From NCBI GenBank assembly GCA_965113315.1, contig OZ220368.1: DNA of 64,000 nucleotides. The stretch is one strand, 5' to 3'. This DNA is from Podarcis vaucheri (taxonomy: Eukaryota). A program made the position numbers and the translations under genes. The notes beneath the pieces are model-generated. The model saw only the letters and a program-made list of their open reading frames with translations, was not told the origin of the DNA and did not search any database. Below, piece by piece: positions 63,296-64,000 of the stretch (position 1 is its first letter; every line of letters starts with the position of its first letter).

Positions 63296-64000
63296 TATTT
63301 CTGCTACTTTGTCTCCCTTTGCCCCAGTTGAATAATAATCCTGCATAGGCTTCAGGGTCATTTCTACAATTAGACTGTAGCTCATTTACAAACCTCTTGG
63401 ATTAGTTTCTCTGTATAATACTTCCAGCTTTCAGCCACAGAGCTAAGACTTTACATGATTTCACATTAGTCATCTTCTCCATTTGAAGAAAAAATAATGA
63501 GCAGAGATATTTCCCCCCACAGAGTGTGAACTCTGCATCTTAAATTCATTTGTTTTGATATCCCTAATGTGAGTAGGCGGGTAATAACAAATGCTTCATT
63601 TAGAAGTTGGCATCTTTACATAAGATGCCTGGAAACCCTGAAATGTTATACTTCTGGAATTTCCCACTACTGGAAATTGCATCAGGTAATTACTGATAAC
63701 TGCATTTGTACAAGACACAAATAGATTTAAGTTTCAGAATGGACGAAAAGCTAATAATATAATGTATGTGTGCACAAAATGGAAGCGCATACAAAATCAT
63801 GGACAATCATTGGTGTTTGCTGGAGGGACAGGGTGTTTGGTTCAGTAGGTTATGTAAAGGTGATACATAATCAAGCTGTACGTAACATTCCCTTTCAGAA
63901 GTTGAGAATCCTCTTCAGAGTAGCCAAGTCACATGAATGTGCATGAGGTAATCCAAGTGGGAGCATACGTTACAATTTTAGCAACATATTATTTAGTTTG

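Larger units (their letters stand above)
13043..64000 (+). other. AGBL4: AGBL4 intron, U12-type (minor spliceosome) GT subtype, >50.9 kb; 3' end outside the window
   Basis: Donor GTATCCTTT (13043-13051) matches the U12 5' splice-site consensus exactly where the protein should continue Y-MKLGRN. No such exon was found downstream by eye. Confidence 0.88.

Noticed and set aside
677-63385. The many 60-150 aa ORFs in the track
   Set aside because: They have no recognisable domains apart from the transposon fragments listed, and fit chance ORFs in intronic or low-complexity DNA.
13107-64000. Next AGBL4 exon (expected YMKLGRNVARTFLDYY) or a nested gene such as BEND5
   Set aside because: The ATGAAR occurrences I checked and the ORF track gave no match. 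A short or divergent exon could still have been missed by eye.

Overview
Eukaryotic genomic DNA from a squamate, probably a lacertid lizard (Sauria SINE, BovB, Squam3-like and P.s.1-like repeats). The window lies inside one + strand gene, AGBL4 (cytosolic carboxypeptidase 6, an M14 tubulin deglutamylase). Two coding exons are present: 106-258 (Zn-ligand motif IDIHAHS) and 12880-13042 (catalytic YTLE motif). They are separated by a 12.6-kb U2-type intron. The second exon is followed by a U12-type donor (GTATCCTTT) that opens an intron of more than 50 kb running off the window, with a strong U2 donor 58 nt downstream. The rest is intronic: LINE fragments (BovB, L1, L2, CR1, RTE-X-like), SINEs, hAT and Tc1/pogo MITEs, short palindromic repeats, microsatellites and candidate CTCF/enhancer sites. 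Three Penelope-like element copies carry minimal dimer-type hammerhead ribozyme motifs; one is sense to the pre-mRNA and sits in a fold-back. Repeat family names and the AGBL4 comparison come from recalled consensus sequences; no searches were run.
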